Positions 54,079 to 62,698 are shown, numbered from the stretch's first letter. The stretch: DNA of 64,000 nt from Candidatus Hydrogenedentota bacterium (GCA_016791475.1 JAEUWI010000022.1:9658-73657), one strand, 5' to 3'. The notes: generated by a model from the sequence alone, not told the origin. Numbers and translations: made by a program.

Positions 54079-56784
54079 TTGAAAACGTGTAGCACCGTTC
54101 TCTTGCTCTTGCTCGTCACCGCCGTCGCCCCGGCGCAGGAACTCTTGAAACAGTCCAGCGCACTCTATCCCCCGGAGGTGGTGTCCCGGGTTCGGGCAAA
54201 CGTGGTGGAGGGCCAATGGGCATCCAAGGTTCGGGAGCAAGTGGTCGCCGCAGCCGCGCCGTGGCACGCCATGAGCGACGAGGCACTCTGGGAGCTCATG
54301 TTCGGCGCGACACTTCCCCGGGCGTGGATGGTGTGGTCGAATGGTTACTCCCCCATCACCAACGAGCCGGTGCCCATGTACACGTGGAAAATGGACGCCA
54401 TGAATCACCCGTGGAAGACCCAGGACCCCACGAGCGGCGAATGGTTCCCAAAGAACGATTTCAAGGCCTACTACGATTCCGGGCTGGACGCGCACGGCGT
54501 ATTTGACGAGACCAAAGCGGATCGCGCGTTGCTTTTCAACACGGAACACCCCGATCCTGCCGATCCCTTGCACACATTCGGTGTGGACGATGGGCACGGC
54601 TATGTGAACGAGAAAGGCGACCGCTGGCGATTTATTGCGGCCTACCTCATCTATGGCCAATGGAAGCAAGTCGTCCTCGGCGGCATAAACAACCTCAGCG
54701 CAGCCTATGTGCTCACGGGCGACCCGAGCTATGCGCACAAAGCCCTGGTCATGCTGGATCGTGTTGCGGACCTCTACCCCACCTTCGACTTCAAGCCCCA
54801 GGGCATCATGTATGAGGGGCCCGGCACGGCCGGCTACGTTTCCACCTGGCACGACACCTGTGAAGAGACCCGGGAGCTGGCCCTGGCCTATGACATGGTA
54901 TTTCCCGCGCTGAAGGACGATGGGGAGATCATCGCCTTTCTGGCTAAGCAGGCGGCGACGTACCAACTGGAGAATCCCAAGACAACCGAAGCGGATATCC
55001 GTCGCAATATCGAGTCGCGCATCCTCCGCGACGCGCTGGCCCATCCGGAGAAGATTTACTCCAACTATCCCCGCGCGGAAATCTGCAAGGCGGTGATCAC
55101 CAAGGCGCTGCAGGAGCCCGACGAGGCGCTGTGGGCGATTCTCGATCCCATGCTGGAGCAGGCGACCGCCGTGGACGGCGTCACGGGCGAGAAAGGACTC
55201 TCGGGCTACGCCAGTTTCACGGTTTCGTCCCTGGCGCAGTTCCTGGCGGAGTTTTCCAAGGCCGACCCGGCCTTTCTGCCCGCCGTTCTGAAGCGTCAGC
55301 CGCGCATTCATGACACGTATCGTTTTCATATCGACACGCTTTGCCTGGACCGCTATTATCCCCTTTCGGGCGACACGGGCTCCTATGCCATGCCCATGGG
55401 CGGCTACCTGGGCATGCAGTTCATCAAGCCCGGCGCGGGCGGCTGGCCCTTGATGCCATCGACCTTTCAATTCCTCTGGGACCTCTATGCCGCCACGGGC
55501 GATGTGGCCTTTGCGCAGACCTTGTACCACGTAAACAACAAATCCCTCGACGGTCTGCCCCACGACATATTCGGCGAGAATCCCGAGGCCTTTCAGGCGG
55601 CCTTGGGTTCGGTCATTGAGAAAGAGGGCGAGGAAATCGCCCTCGGCAGCGTGAATAAGGAGGCGTGGCACCTTGCGATACTGCGCTCGGGCACAGGCGC
55701 GAATCGACGCGCGGTGTGGCTGGACTACGACGCGGGCGGCGGCCACGGCCATCAGGACGGCATGAATCTGGGCCTTTTCGCCCACGGGCTGGACCTGATG
55801 CCGGAGATGGGCTATCCGCCGGTACAGTTCGGCGGCTGGCAATCGCCCCGGGGGCGGTGGTACACCATGACCGCCGCGCATAACACCGTGGTGGTGGATG
55901 GCAAGAACCAGCCGGGCAAAGCGGGCGAGACGACGCTCTATGTGGACGAGCCGCCCTTTCAGATGATTCGCGCATCCGCGCCGGAGTTGAACGACGGCAA
56001 CCGCTACGAGCGTACGGTTGCGCTGGTCGACGTGGACGACGAAACCTTCTATGTGATCGATGTCTTTCGCGTGTCCGGCGGCACAAACCATACGAAGTTT
56101 ACCCAGAGCCACTTCGGACCGCTGGCGACCTACGGACTAAACCTCTCCCCCGCCCCGGACTACGGTCACGAGACGCAGACGCGCAATTTCCAGATGGACG
56201 CTGGTGCAAAGCCTGGCTGGCTCGGACTCTGGACGGTGGAAGACCAGAACAAACTCCTCCCCGAGCCGGCAGCGCTGGGCCTGGCCTATACAAGCTTTAC
56301 GCGGGAGGCCTCCGCAGGAACATCGGAGGCGTGGATCGCCACGGGGGGCTACGACGCAACAACGGAACAATGGGTGCCCCGGCTGGTGGAGCAGCGCGTC
56401 GCGGCTGACGGGACGCTGGAATCGACCTTTGTGGCGGTGTACGAGCCTTACGCCGGTAAAGGTCCAAAGGTTAAGGCCACCCGCGAACCCGTCGCCGACG
56501 AATCGCACGAGAACCTGCCCGAGAACCATGTGGGATTGCGAATTGAGCATCCCGATGGCGGCTATGATATGGTATGGCTTCGCGATCCCGCACACCCGGG
56601 CGTCAGTCTCGCGAAACGCGGTGTCGAACCCGTACAGACCGACGGCGAAGTGGCCTGGCTTCGCACCAGCGCCGAAGGCCGCTTGATTCGGGCGGGCCTC
56701 GCGCAGGGAAGTTACCTGAAATCGGGTGCATTTACCCTCGAGAATCCCAACAAGTTACCGTACATCACCACGGCCACAAACTAA
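54079..56784 (+). CDS. secreted heparinase II/III-family polysaccharide lyase-like protein
   Basis: TTG start 54079 (AAGGA 7 nt upstream). Signal MKTCSTVLLLLLVTAVAPAQ. Motifs GGGHGHQDGMNLGLFAHG and TAAHNTVVVDGKNQ. An extended -10 (TGgTACTAT) lies at 54031-54039. Confidence 0.75.
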   Translation: MKTCSTVLLLLLVTAVAPAQELLKQSSALYPPEVVSRVRANVVEGQWASKVREQVVAAAAPWHAMSDEALWELMFGATLPRAWMVWSNGYSPITNEPVPMYTWKMDAMNHPWKTQDPTSGEWFPKNDFKAYYDSGLDAHGVFDETKADRALLFNTEHPDPADPLHTFGVDDGHGYVNEKGDRWRFIAAYLIYGQWKQVVLGGINNLSAAYVLTGDPSYAHKALVMLDRVADLYPTFDFKPQGIMYEGPGTAGYVSTWHDTCEETRELALAYDMVFPALKDDGEIIAFLAKQAATYQLENPKTTEADIRRNIESRILRDALAHPEKIYSNYPRAEICKAVITKALQEPDEALWAILDPMLEQATAVDGVTGEKGLSGYASFTVSSLAQFLAEFSKADPAFLPAVLKRQPRIHDTYRFHIDTLCLDRYYPLSGDTGSYAMPMGGYLGMQFIKPGAGGWPLMPSTFQFLWDLYAATGDVAFAQTLYHVNNKSLDGLPHDIFGENPEAFQAALGSVIEKEGEEIALGSVNKEAWHLAILRSGTGANRRAVWLDYDAGGGHGHQDGMNLGLFAHGLDLMPEMGYPPVQFGGWQSPRGRWYTMTAAHNTVVVDGKNQPGKAGETTLYVDEPPFQMIRASAPELNDGNRYERTVALVDVDDETFYVIDVFRVSGGTNHTKFTQSHFGPLATYGLNLSPAPDYGHETQTRNFQMDAGAKPGWLGLWTVEDQNKLLPEPAALGLAYTSFTREASAGTSEAWIATGGYDATTEQWVPRLVEQRVAADGTLESTFVAVYEPYAGKGPKVKATREPVADESHENLPENHVGLRIEHPDGGYDMVWLRDPAHPGVSLAKRGVEPVQTDGEVAWLRTSAEGRLIRAGLAQGSYLKSGAFTLENPNKLPYITTATN

Positions 56785-56794
56785 GGAGTTACCC

Positions 56795-57742
56795 GTGCGT
56801 ATTTGCCGATTCCAACGCAGCGACAAAATCGAGTTGGGCTTTTACCACGACGAGGCCATCGTCGCAATCCAGGATGCCGTCGACGTCCACAACCATGGCA
56901 CGCACCAGTCGATATCGCTCCCCCATGAAGACATTCTCGCGCTCCTGCCCCATGGCAGCCACGCCCAGGAGGCCGAGTCTCTGGCGAAGTGGATCGCCGA
57001 GGCGGGCGATTCTCTCGCGCAGTTGGAGCTGGACCCGGCATCGGTGACGCTCCTGAATCCCCTTCCTCCGAATCCGAAGATTTTCCTGCTGGCGGGCAAC
57101 TACGCGCTGCATATCCAGGAAAGCGGCGAGATCGCGGTGGAACGTCAGGAGACTTTCCCATACCTCTTTTCCAAGCCGCGAACGGCCCTGAATCACCCGA
57201 ACGGCGAGATCGTCATTCCCAAGGTGAGCCCCGACTTCATCGATTACGAGTGCGAGTTGGGCGTGATCATCGGCAAGAAAGCCAAGGGGGTCAGCGAGGC
57301 CGAAGCCCTGGGCTATGTGGCCGGCTATACCGTGGTGAACGATATTTCGGATCGCAAGTACAGGCCCAACCCCGAGCGCAAGGAAAGGCCTAAGGACACC
57401 TTTTTCGACTGGATGCACGGCAAGTGGCACGACGGGTTCTTTCCCGTGGGTCCGGCGGTGGCATCGGCCAAGGCGATTCCCGATCCCCAGGTGCTCGATC
57501 TGCGCCTGACGGTGGATGGCGAAGAGCGGCAGCACAGCAGCACGGGCCGCATGATCTTCCCCGTCGCGGCGGTGATCGAGTTCGTGTCGCGGCTGGTAAC
57601 GCTGGAGCCGGGCGACATCATCGCCACCGGCACCTGCGAGGGCATCGGCCTCAGTAGCGGCAAGCTCCTGAAACCCGGCCAGGTAGTGGAGGCGACGATT
57701 GAGAAGATCGGCACGCTGAAGAATACGATGGTGGCGGAATAG
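56795..57742 (+). CDS. fumarylacetoacetate hydrolase family protein
   Basis: GTG start 56795, with AAGGAG 6 nt upstream overlapping the preceding stop. Motifs ECELGVIIGKK, GYTVVNDISDR and PGDIIATGT. Confidence 0.85.
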   Translation: MRICRFQRSDKIELGFYHDEAIVAIQDAVDVHNHGTHQSISLPHEDILALLPHGSHAQEAESLAKWIAEAGDSLAQLELDPASVTLLNPLPPNPKIFLLAGNYALHIQESGEIAVERQETFPYLFSKPRTALNHPNGEIVIPKVSPDFIDYECELGVIIGKKAKGVSEAEALGYVAGYTVVNDISDRKYRPNPERKERPKDTFFDWMHGKWHDGFFPVGPAVASAKAIPDPQVLDLRLTVDGEERQHSSTGRMIFPVAAVIEFVSRLVTLEPGDIIATGTCEGIGLSSGKLLKPGQVVEATIEKIGTLKNTMVAE

Positions 57743-57745
57743 CAA

Positions 57746-57766
57746 TTGACAGTTGACAGTTGACAA
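57746..57766 (+). repeat. 3 x 7-bp tandem repeat TTGACAG/TTGACAG/TTGACAA
   Basis: Copies at 57746-57752, 57753-57759 and 57760-57766. The array starts 4 nt after the FAH stop codon. Each unit contains the -35 consensus TTGACA. Confidence 0.95.
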
Positions 57767-57796
57767 CGAAAAACGAGCTCCTCGAATTGTTCTTGA

Positions 57797-57832
57797 GTCC
57801 ACTTTGTCCACGGCGTCCACCTCGTCCTCTCG
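57797..57832 (+). repeat. 4 x 9-bp tandem repeat GTCCACnnn
   Basis: GTCCACTTT (57797-57805), GTCCACGGC (57806-57814), GTCCACCTC (57815-57823), GTCCTCTCG (57824-57832). The array ends 50 nt before ATG 57882. Confidence 0.95.
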
Positions 57833-57881
57833 ATGTAAATCTTCGGGCCCCGGCCCTGACCATACCAAGGAGAAACCACCC

Positions 57882-58637
57882 ATGTCCCAGTCCCCCACCC
57901 TCAGCCGTCGCGGCTTGTTTCAGGGCGCGGCCATAGCTGCGGTCGCGACCGCGCTTACCACTGCACCCAGCCATGCGGCGGGCAAGAAGGCCAAGCTCAA
58001 GATGAACGATGTTATCCTTTTCCAGGGCGATTCCATCACCGATGCGGGGCGCGCGAAGGACAATCTCGCGCCGAACCAACTCGCCGCCTTTGGTGACGGA
58101 TACGCGGCCATGATCGCTTCCCAGTTACTGGGCGCCCATTCGGCCAAAACGCTGCAGTGCTACAATCGCGGCATCAGCGGCCACAAGGTGCCCGATCTTG
58201 ATGCGCGCTGGCAGACCGATACGATTGACCTGAAGCCCGCACTGCTGAGTATTCTCATCGGCGTGAATGACATGTGGCATGCGCGCGCGGGCAAGTACGA
58301 TGGCACTGTGGCTATCTACGAAACGGGCCTCAATGCGCTGCTTGCACGGACGCGGGAGGCCCTGCCCGAGACAACCCTGGTGATTTGCGAGCCTTTCGTG
58401 CTGCGTTGCGGCGCCATCGACGACACCTGGTTCCCGGAGTTCGACGAACGGCGCGCGGTGGCGAAGGCGGCGGCGAAAACGGCCGGGGCGCTTTTTGTGC
58501 CGTTTCAGTCCATGTTTGACGAAGCCCTGAGCGCTTCGACCCCACCGGAGTACTGGGCGAAAGACGGGGTCCACCCCACCATGGCGGGCCATGCCCTCAT
58601 GGCGAAGACGTGGCTGGATGTGACGAAGCTTGGTTGA
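57882..58637 (+). CDS. TAT-signal SGNH/GDSL hydrolase
   Basis: ORF 57753..58637 trimmed to ATG 57882 (AAGGAG 9 nt upstream). TAT signal SRRGLFQGAAIAAV. SGNH blocks FQGDSITD, GISGHK, GVNDMW and DGVHPT. Confidence 0.8.
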   Translation: MSQSPTLSRRGLFQGAAIAAVATALTTAPSHAAGKKAKLKMNDVILFQGDSITDAGRAKDNLAPNQLAAFGDGYAAMIASQLLGAHSAKTLQCYNRGISGHKVPDLDARWQTDTIDLKPALLSILIGVNDMWHARAGKYDGTVAIYETGLNALLARTREALPETTLVICEPFVLRCGAIDDTWFPEFDERRAVAKAAAKTAGALFVPFQSMFDEALSASTPPEYWAKDGVHPTMAGHALMAKTWLDVTKLG

Positions 58638-58639
58638 TT

Positions 58640-58757
58640 TCCGTGACCACGGATGGCACCGGCATCACGGATAAATCATTCTGTTCTACAATCGATTTCC
58701 GTGTAATTCCGTGCCATTCCGTGGTCAGTTCTTTTTTTGACTACGGAAATGCACGGA
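58640..58757. repeat. cluster of 8 TCCGTG/CACGGA hexamers (4 direct, 4 inverted)
   Basis: TCCGTG at 58640, 58698, 58708 and 58718; the last three are 10-bp phased. CACGGA at 58648, 58666 and 58752. TACGGA at 58742. A T7 run lies at 58732-58738. Confidence 0.9.
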
Positions 58758-58792
58758 CCTTGCTTCACTGCCCCATTCGAGGAATTTCAATC

Positions 58793-59629
58793 TTGGGTTA
58801 CCGATACACGCCACGTACGACTGCACTGTTGCTGATCTGCCTCGCAACATTCGTCTCCGCAGCCGAAGCGGGCGGCCCGAAAGACAAGACCGTGACCCTC
58901 TACGTCATCGGCGACAGCACGGCTGCGGCCTATCCGCCTGAACGGTACCCCCTCCATGGCTGGGCCCAGGTGCTGCAGGAGCACTTCGACCCCGCGCGCG
59001 TCCATGTCGATGATCGCGCCAAAGGCGGCCGGAGTTCGAAGAGTTTTTACGAGGAGGGCTCCTGGACACCGATTCGCGAGGTGCTGAAACCCGGGGACTG
59101 GGTGTTCATCCAGTTTGCCCACAACGACCAGAAGAAGGACGAGCGGAATCGCTTCACCGATCCGGCCACGACCTTCCCGGAACATTTGCGGCGCTATGTG
59201 GAAGAGACACGCGCGGCGGGCGCGCGGCCGGTCCTGTTGACGCCCATCAATCGCAACCGCTGGATTTCGCCGACGCGCATGGGCGACACCCACGGCGATT
59301 ACCCGGATGCGACGCGACGGCTGGCGCGCGAGATGAGGGTTCCATTGATCGACCTGCACAAGCTGACGCGAAAACGCTTTACCCGCCTGGGACCGGAGAA
59401 AACCACGAAGCTCTTCCTCAATCTTGCGCCGGGCGAACACCCGAACTACCCGGAGGGCAAGGAGGACAACACCCACCTGCAAGAGTCAGGCGCGCGCGAA
59501 GTAAGCGCCCTCGCGGTGAAAGGGATCAAACGCCTGCCCCTGCGAACCTGTCTGAAAGACTACCGCGAAGCCCGCTATGCCAGGGGCTTCACAAAGTCCG
59601 CCAGAGTCTTCCAGGCCTCTTCCAACTGA
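58793..59629 (+). CDS. rhamnogalacturonan acetylesterase-like SGNH hydrolase (CE12-like)
   Basis: ORF 58610..59629. There is no ATG before the signal peptide (TTALLLICLATFVSAAEA), so TTG 58793 is proposed (GAGGA 9 nt upstream). Blocks YVIGDSTAA, KGGRSSKSF, FAHNDQ and DNTHL. Confidence 0.7.
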   Translation: MGYRYTPRTTALLLICLATFVSAAEAGGPKDKTVTLYVIGDSTAAAYPPERYPLHGWAQVLQEHFDPARVHVDDRAKGGRSSKSFYEEGSWTPIREVLKPGDWVFIQFAHNDQKKDERNRFTDPATTFPEHLRRYVEETRAAGARPVLLTPINRNRWISPTRMGDTHGDYPDATRRLAREMRVPLIDLHKLTRKRFTRLGPEKTTKLFLNLAPGEHPNYPEGKEDNTHLQESGAREVSALAVKGIKRLPLRTCLKDYREARYARGFTKSARVFQASSN

Positions 59630-60045
59630 GGGCGGCTCATGTTGGTGCTGTGGTAGACCCCGCCGGTGGTTTCCAGGTCGATGCGCCACGCATGAGTCTT
59701 GTCCATCGTCATGGCCTTCCGCATGCCGGTAATCGACTCCAGGGGAAGCACCGGTGTCCTTGCGGGCATGTAGTAGTGTAGGCGGACGGCGCCTTCGCGA
59801 ATTTCAATGCGGTAGAATTCGCCAAAGGCCGTGTTCCAGGCGATGTAGGTAAGAAACAGCGCCACGCCCAGCCCGCAGACCGCGCCCGTGCGGGGCATGG
59901 CGTCAAAATTGCGATAGGGGGGTCGTCGCGCGCCGGGCAAGGCGGCAACCGCGAAGATCACCCCGCCAAGCACGACACCTATCGTCGTCATAAACGCGAG
60001 AAAGAAATACCCGCCCCCTGGATCGGCGAGGGTTAAATCAACCAT
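59575..60045 (-). CDS. 2-TM membrane protein, unknown function
   Basis: ORF 59575..60120 trimmed to ATG 60045 (GAAGGA 9 nt upstream). The 3' end overlaps the convergent esterase gene by 55 nt. Confidence 0.45.
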   Translation of the reverse strand: MVDLTLADPGGGYFFLAFMTTIGVVLGGVIFAVAALPGARRPPYRNFDAMPRTGAVCGLGVALFLTYIAWNTAFGEFYRIEIREGAVRLHYYMPARTPVLPLESITGMRKAMTMDKTHAWRIDLETTGGVYHSTNMSRPQLEEAWKTLADFVKPLA

Positions 60046-60256
60046 TGCTTGTCGTCCTTCCGGAGCCATGCTCCCGGCGAATGAATGCCCACCCGCCTCT
60101 CTCCCAGCCGATGCTACCACAGCGGAGGGAGGCCGGCAAGCCCGTTGCCGGTTTGAATTGACCGGTTCGAAGGGGTAGCATGGCGCGGCCTGCGGGCTAC
60201 ATTACCGCAAGTACTATTGACGGGCGTGAAATATTCATGTTCCGGGGAGTTTCACA

Positions 60257-61384
60257 ATGTACGATACCATTATCATTGGCCTTGGGGGCATGGGGGCCGC
60301 CACGGCGTGGCACCTGGCGCGGCGCGGCCAGCGGGTGCTGGGGCTGGAGCAGTTTGACCTCGTCCATGTTAGGGGCAGCTCCCACGGCGCGTCCCGCATC
60401 ATCCGCCAGGCCTATTTCGAGCACCCCGACTATGTGCCGCTGTTGAAGCGGGCCTACGCATACTGGTACGAGCTGGGCGACGAGTCGGAGGCGGAGACGA
60501 TGAATCTGTGCGGGATGTTCGTGGCGGGCCGGCCGGGTGATGAGGTTGTGTCGGGCACGCGCCGCGCGGCGGCGACCCATGGCCTTCCCCTGGAGAGCGT
60601 CGCGGCGGGGGATGCCGTTGCGAGATTCCCGGGGCTGAAGGCCGATCCGGATATGGATATTCTCTTCGACCCCCTTGGCGGCTACCTCTGTGTGGAGAAC
60701 TGCGTTGCGTCTCATCTTGCCGGGGCGCGTAGCCGGGGCGCGGAGTTGCGTCCGTACGAAGGGGCGTTGTCCTGGCGGAAGGATGGCGACGGTATCCGGG
60801 TGACGACCGCCGGGGGCGAGTACACCGCCGCGAACCTCGTGATCAGCGCGGGCCCCTGGGCGGGCTCGCTCTTGCGCGAGCTGGCGCTCCCACTCTCGCC
60901 CCACCGCGTGGTTCTGGCCTGGTTTCAGCCGACCACCACGGTCCACGATGTCGATCATGGTGCGCCGGTATTCGGGATCCAGACTGACGACGGCTTTTTC
61001 TATGGTTTTCCCCGCATCGATGGCGATGGCGTCAAAGTCGCGCTTCACCAACCCGGCGCATTTCTTGCCGACCCTTCCGTGGTGGACCGTGCGGTGTCGC
61101 ATGAAGACGTGGCCCCCGTTCAGAACTTCGCCGGGCGTCACCTCCTGGACTTGGAACTGGGTTCGTGGACGGGTAAGACCTGCATCTACACGATGACACC
61201 CGACGAGCACTTTATCGTAGATCGCCACCCCCTTCATGAGAACGTTTTCATCGCGGCCGGTTTCAGCGGGCATGGGTTCAAGTTTACGCCCGTGATTGGC
61301 GCAATCATGGCGGATTTCTGTACCGGAGGAAAGACCGACGAGCCCGCGGCATTTCTGGGATTGGGGCGCTTTGGCAACAAATAG
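60257..61384 (+). CDS. FAD-dependent sarcosine/N-methyltryptophan oxidase-like protein
   Basis: Motifs MYDTIIIGLGGMGAATAWHLARRG, GSSHGASRIIRQAY and AAGFSGHGFKFTPVIG. GGGGAG lies 7 nt upstream. Confidence 0.8.
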   Translation: MYDTIIIGLGGMGAATAWHLARRGQRVLGLEQFDLVHVRGSSHGASRIIRQAYFEHPDYVPLLKRAYAYWYELGDESEAETMNLCGMFVAGRPGDEVVSGTRRAAATHGLPLESVAAGDAVARFPGLKADPDMDILFDPLGGYLCVENCVASHLAGARSRGAELRPYEGALSWRKDGDGIRVTTAGGEYTAANLVISAGPWAGSLLRELALPLSPHRVVLAWFQPTTTVHDVDHGAPVFGIQTDDGFFYGFPRIDGDGVKVALHQPGAFLADPSVVDRAVSHEDVAPVQNFAGRHLLDLELGSWTGKTCIYTMTPDEHFIVDRHPLHENVFIAAGFSGHGFKFTPVIGAIMADFCTGGKTDEPAAFLGLGRFGNK

Positions 61385-61514
61385 ACCGCCCGGACCGGCG
61401 ACGGGACCTTCATGAAACTACGCGCGCCGGGCGGATGCGGTCCCCTCGCGTGTCAACGCGCGAATATGGTATCGTGCCCGCATCAAGCGTCACCGTCGAA
61501 AAGCGAGAGAAACC

Positions 61515-61973
61515 ATGCTGAAACGATTTGCAAGCCTCTTTGGCGGAGGCCCCGCCGAGCCCCTCACCGCAGCCCCGGATACGGTCCATATGGCGACATG
61601 CGTATTGATGCTGGAGGCCGCGCGGGCGGACAATGATTTTTCCGACGACGAGCGGCGGCACATTCTGTCCGTCTTGCGCCAGCGTTTTGAGTTGACGCCC
61701 GAAGAGGCCGAAGAACTGCTCGAACAGGCCATGACGGTGCATGACGAGAGCACGAGCCTTCACCAGTTTACCCGCGAGATTAACACGGCCTTTTCCGTGG
61801 CGGAAAAAGTGCGGATCGTGGAAGAGATCTGGCGGATATTCTACGCGGACAAGTATCTCGACGGACACGAGGATCACCTCGCGGCCAAGCTCCGCAATCT
61901 GCTGAACTTGAGCCACCCGGTGATGATCGATGCGAAGATGCGGGTCCTGGCGGAGATCCGCGGCGGGAATTAA
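61515..61973 (+). CDS. TerB-family (tellurite-resistance-like) protein
   Basis: Pattern ATCVLMLEAARADNDFSDDERRHI ... EKVRIVEEIWRIFYADKYLDGHEDHL. Confidence 0.7.
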   Translation: MLKRFASLFGGGPAEPLTAAPDTVHMATCVLMLEAARADNDFSDDERRHILSVLRQRFELTPEEAEELLEQAMTVHDESTSLHQFTREINTAFSVAEKVRIVEEIWRIFYADKYLDGHEDHLAAKLRNLLNLSHPVMIDAKMRVLAEIRGGN

Positions 61974-61982
61974 AGCGCCCGC

Positions 61983-62498
61983 TTATTTCTCCTGCGTGCG
62001 CTCGCCCTTGCCGCCGTCCCACGTGCCACCGGCGTTAAAGCGGTAACGGTAGGTTTCGCGACCCTCCTCACCGGTGTCCACCGTGGCGGACTCGGCCTGG
62101 GCCTCGGTTCGGTTGGCCTTGCGGGGCCCCTGGAGCACGCGGTAGCGGTATTCGAGATAGGCCACGTAGCCCCGATCCCGATCGGCCGCTTTGGAGGAGG
62201 CCTGCGCATCCAGCGGATAGTAGGAGACGTATTCCTTCACTTCTTTGTAATAGTTCACTCTCAGGCCGTCCTCCTCCGCCTTCACCACGCCCAGCCGCTC
62301 GGCCTGATTCATGCGCTTCATTTCCTGCTCGCCCACGGCGTTGAGGCCCTCATAGACCTTGTCCGCGCCGGAGACATAGCCTTCGGGCTTTTCGGCCAGT
62401 CCAAAGTCGGACATGACGGTTTCCACTACGCCCTGGCCACCCTGGCCCTGGCAACCGACGATACATAAAGCGGCGATGAATATCGCGAGTTTTTTCAC
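61983..62498 (-). CDS. lipoprotein, unknown function
   Basis: GTG start 62498 (AGGAGA 6 nt upstream). Lipobox CIVGC in MKKLAIFIAALCIVGCQG. Confidence 0.5.
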   Translation of the reverse strand: MKKLAIFIAALCIVGCQGQGGQGVVETVMSDFGLAEKPEGYVSGADKVYEGLNAVGEQEMKRMNQAERLGVVKAEEDGLRVNYYKEVKEYVSYYPLDAQASSKAADRDRGYVAYLEYRYRVLQGPRKANRTEAQAESATVDTGEEGRETYRYRFNAGGTWDGGKGERTQEK

Positions 62499-62698
62499 TG
62501 GATTCTCCTAAGTAATCGACAAACGAAATCGGTCAGGTGAGAGTCCGAGTATAGCATTTTGCTGTCGCCGGATGCAGTGGTTTTAATCCCCGAGTGCGGC
62601 CCCGCAGTGCATGTGGACATCAGAGACTTCGGGAACCGCAGGCACCTTCAAAGACTTGCCGTTGTTGTCGCTGCCGTCCCTGTAAAACGATCCGAATT

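Noticed and set aside
53944-56112. 722-aa minus-strand ORF opposite the heparinase II/III gene.
   Set aside because: It is a shadow frame. The plus strand has a signal peptide, an RBS and heparinase II/III C-terminal motifs.
57746-57832. Possibility that the short tandem arrays (here and at 9882 and 53947) are a CRISPR array or coding repeats.
   Set aside because: The units are 7-9 bp and contiguous with no spacers, and no cas genes are present. In-frame stops upstream of the downstream ATGs exclude N-terminal extensions.
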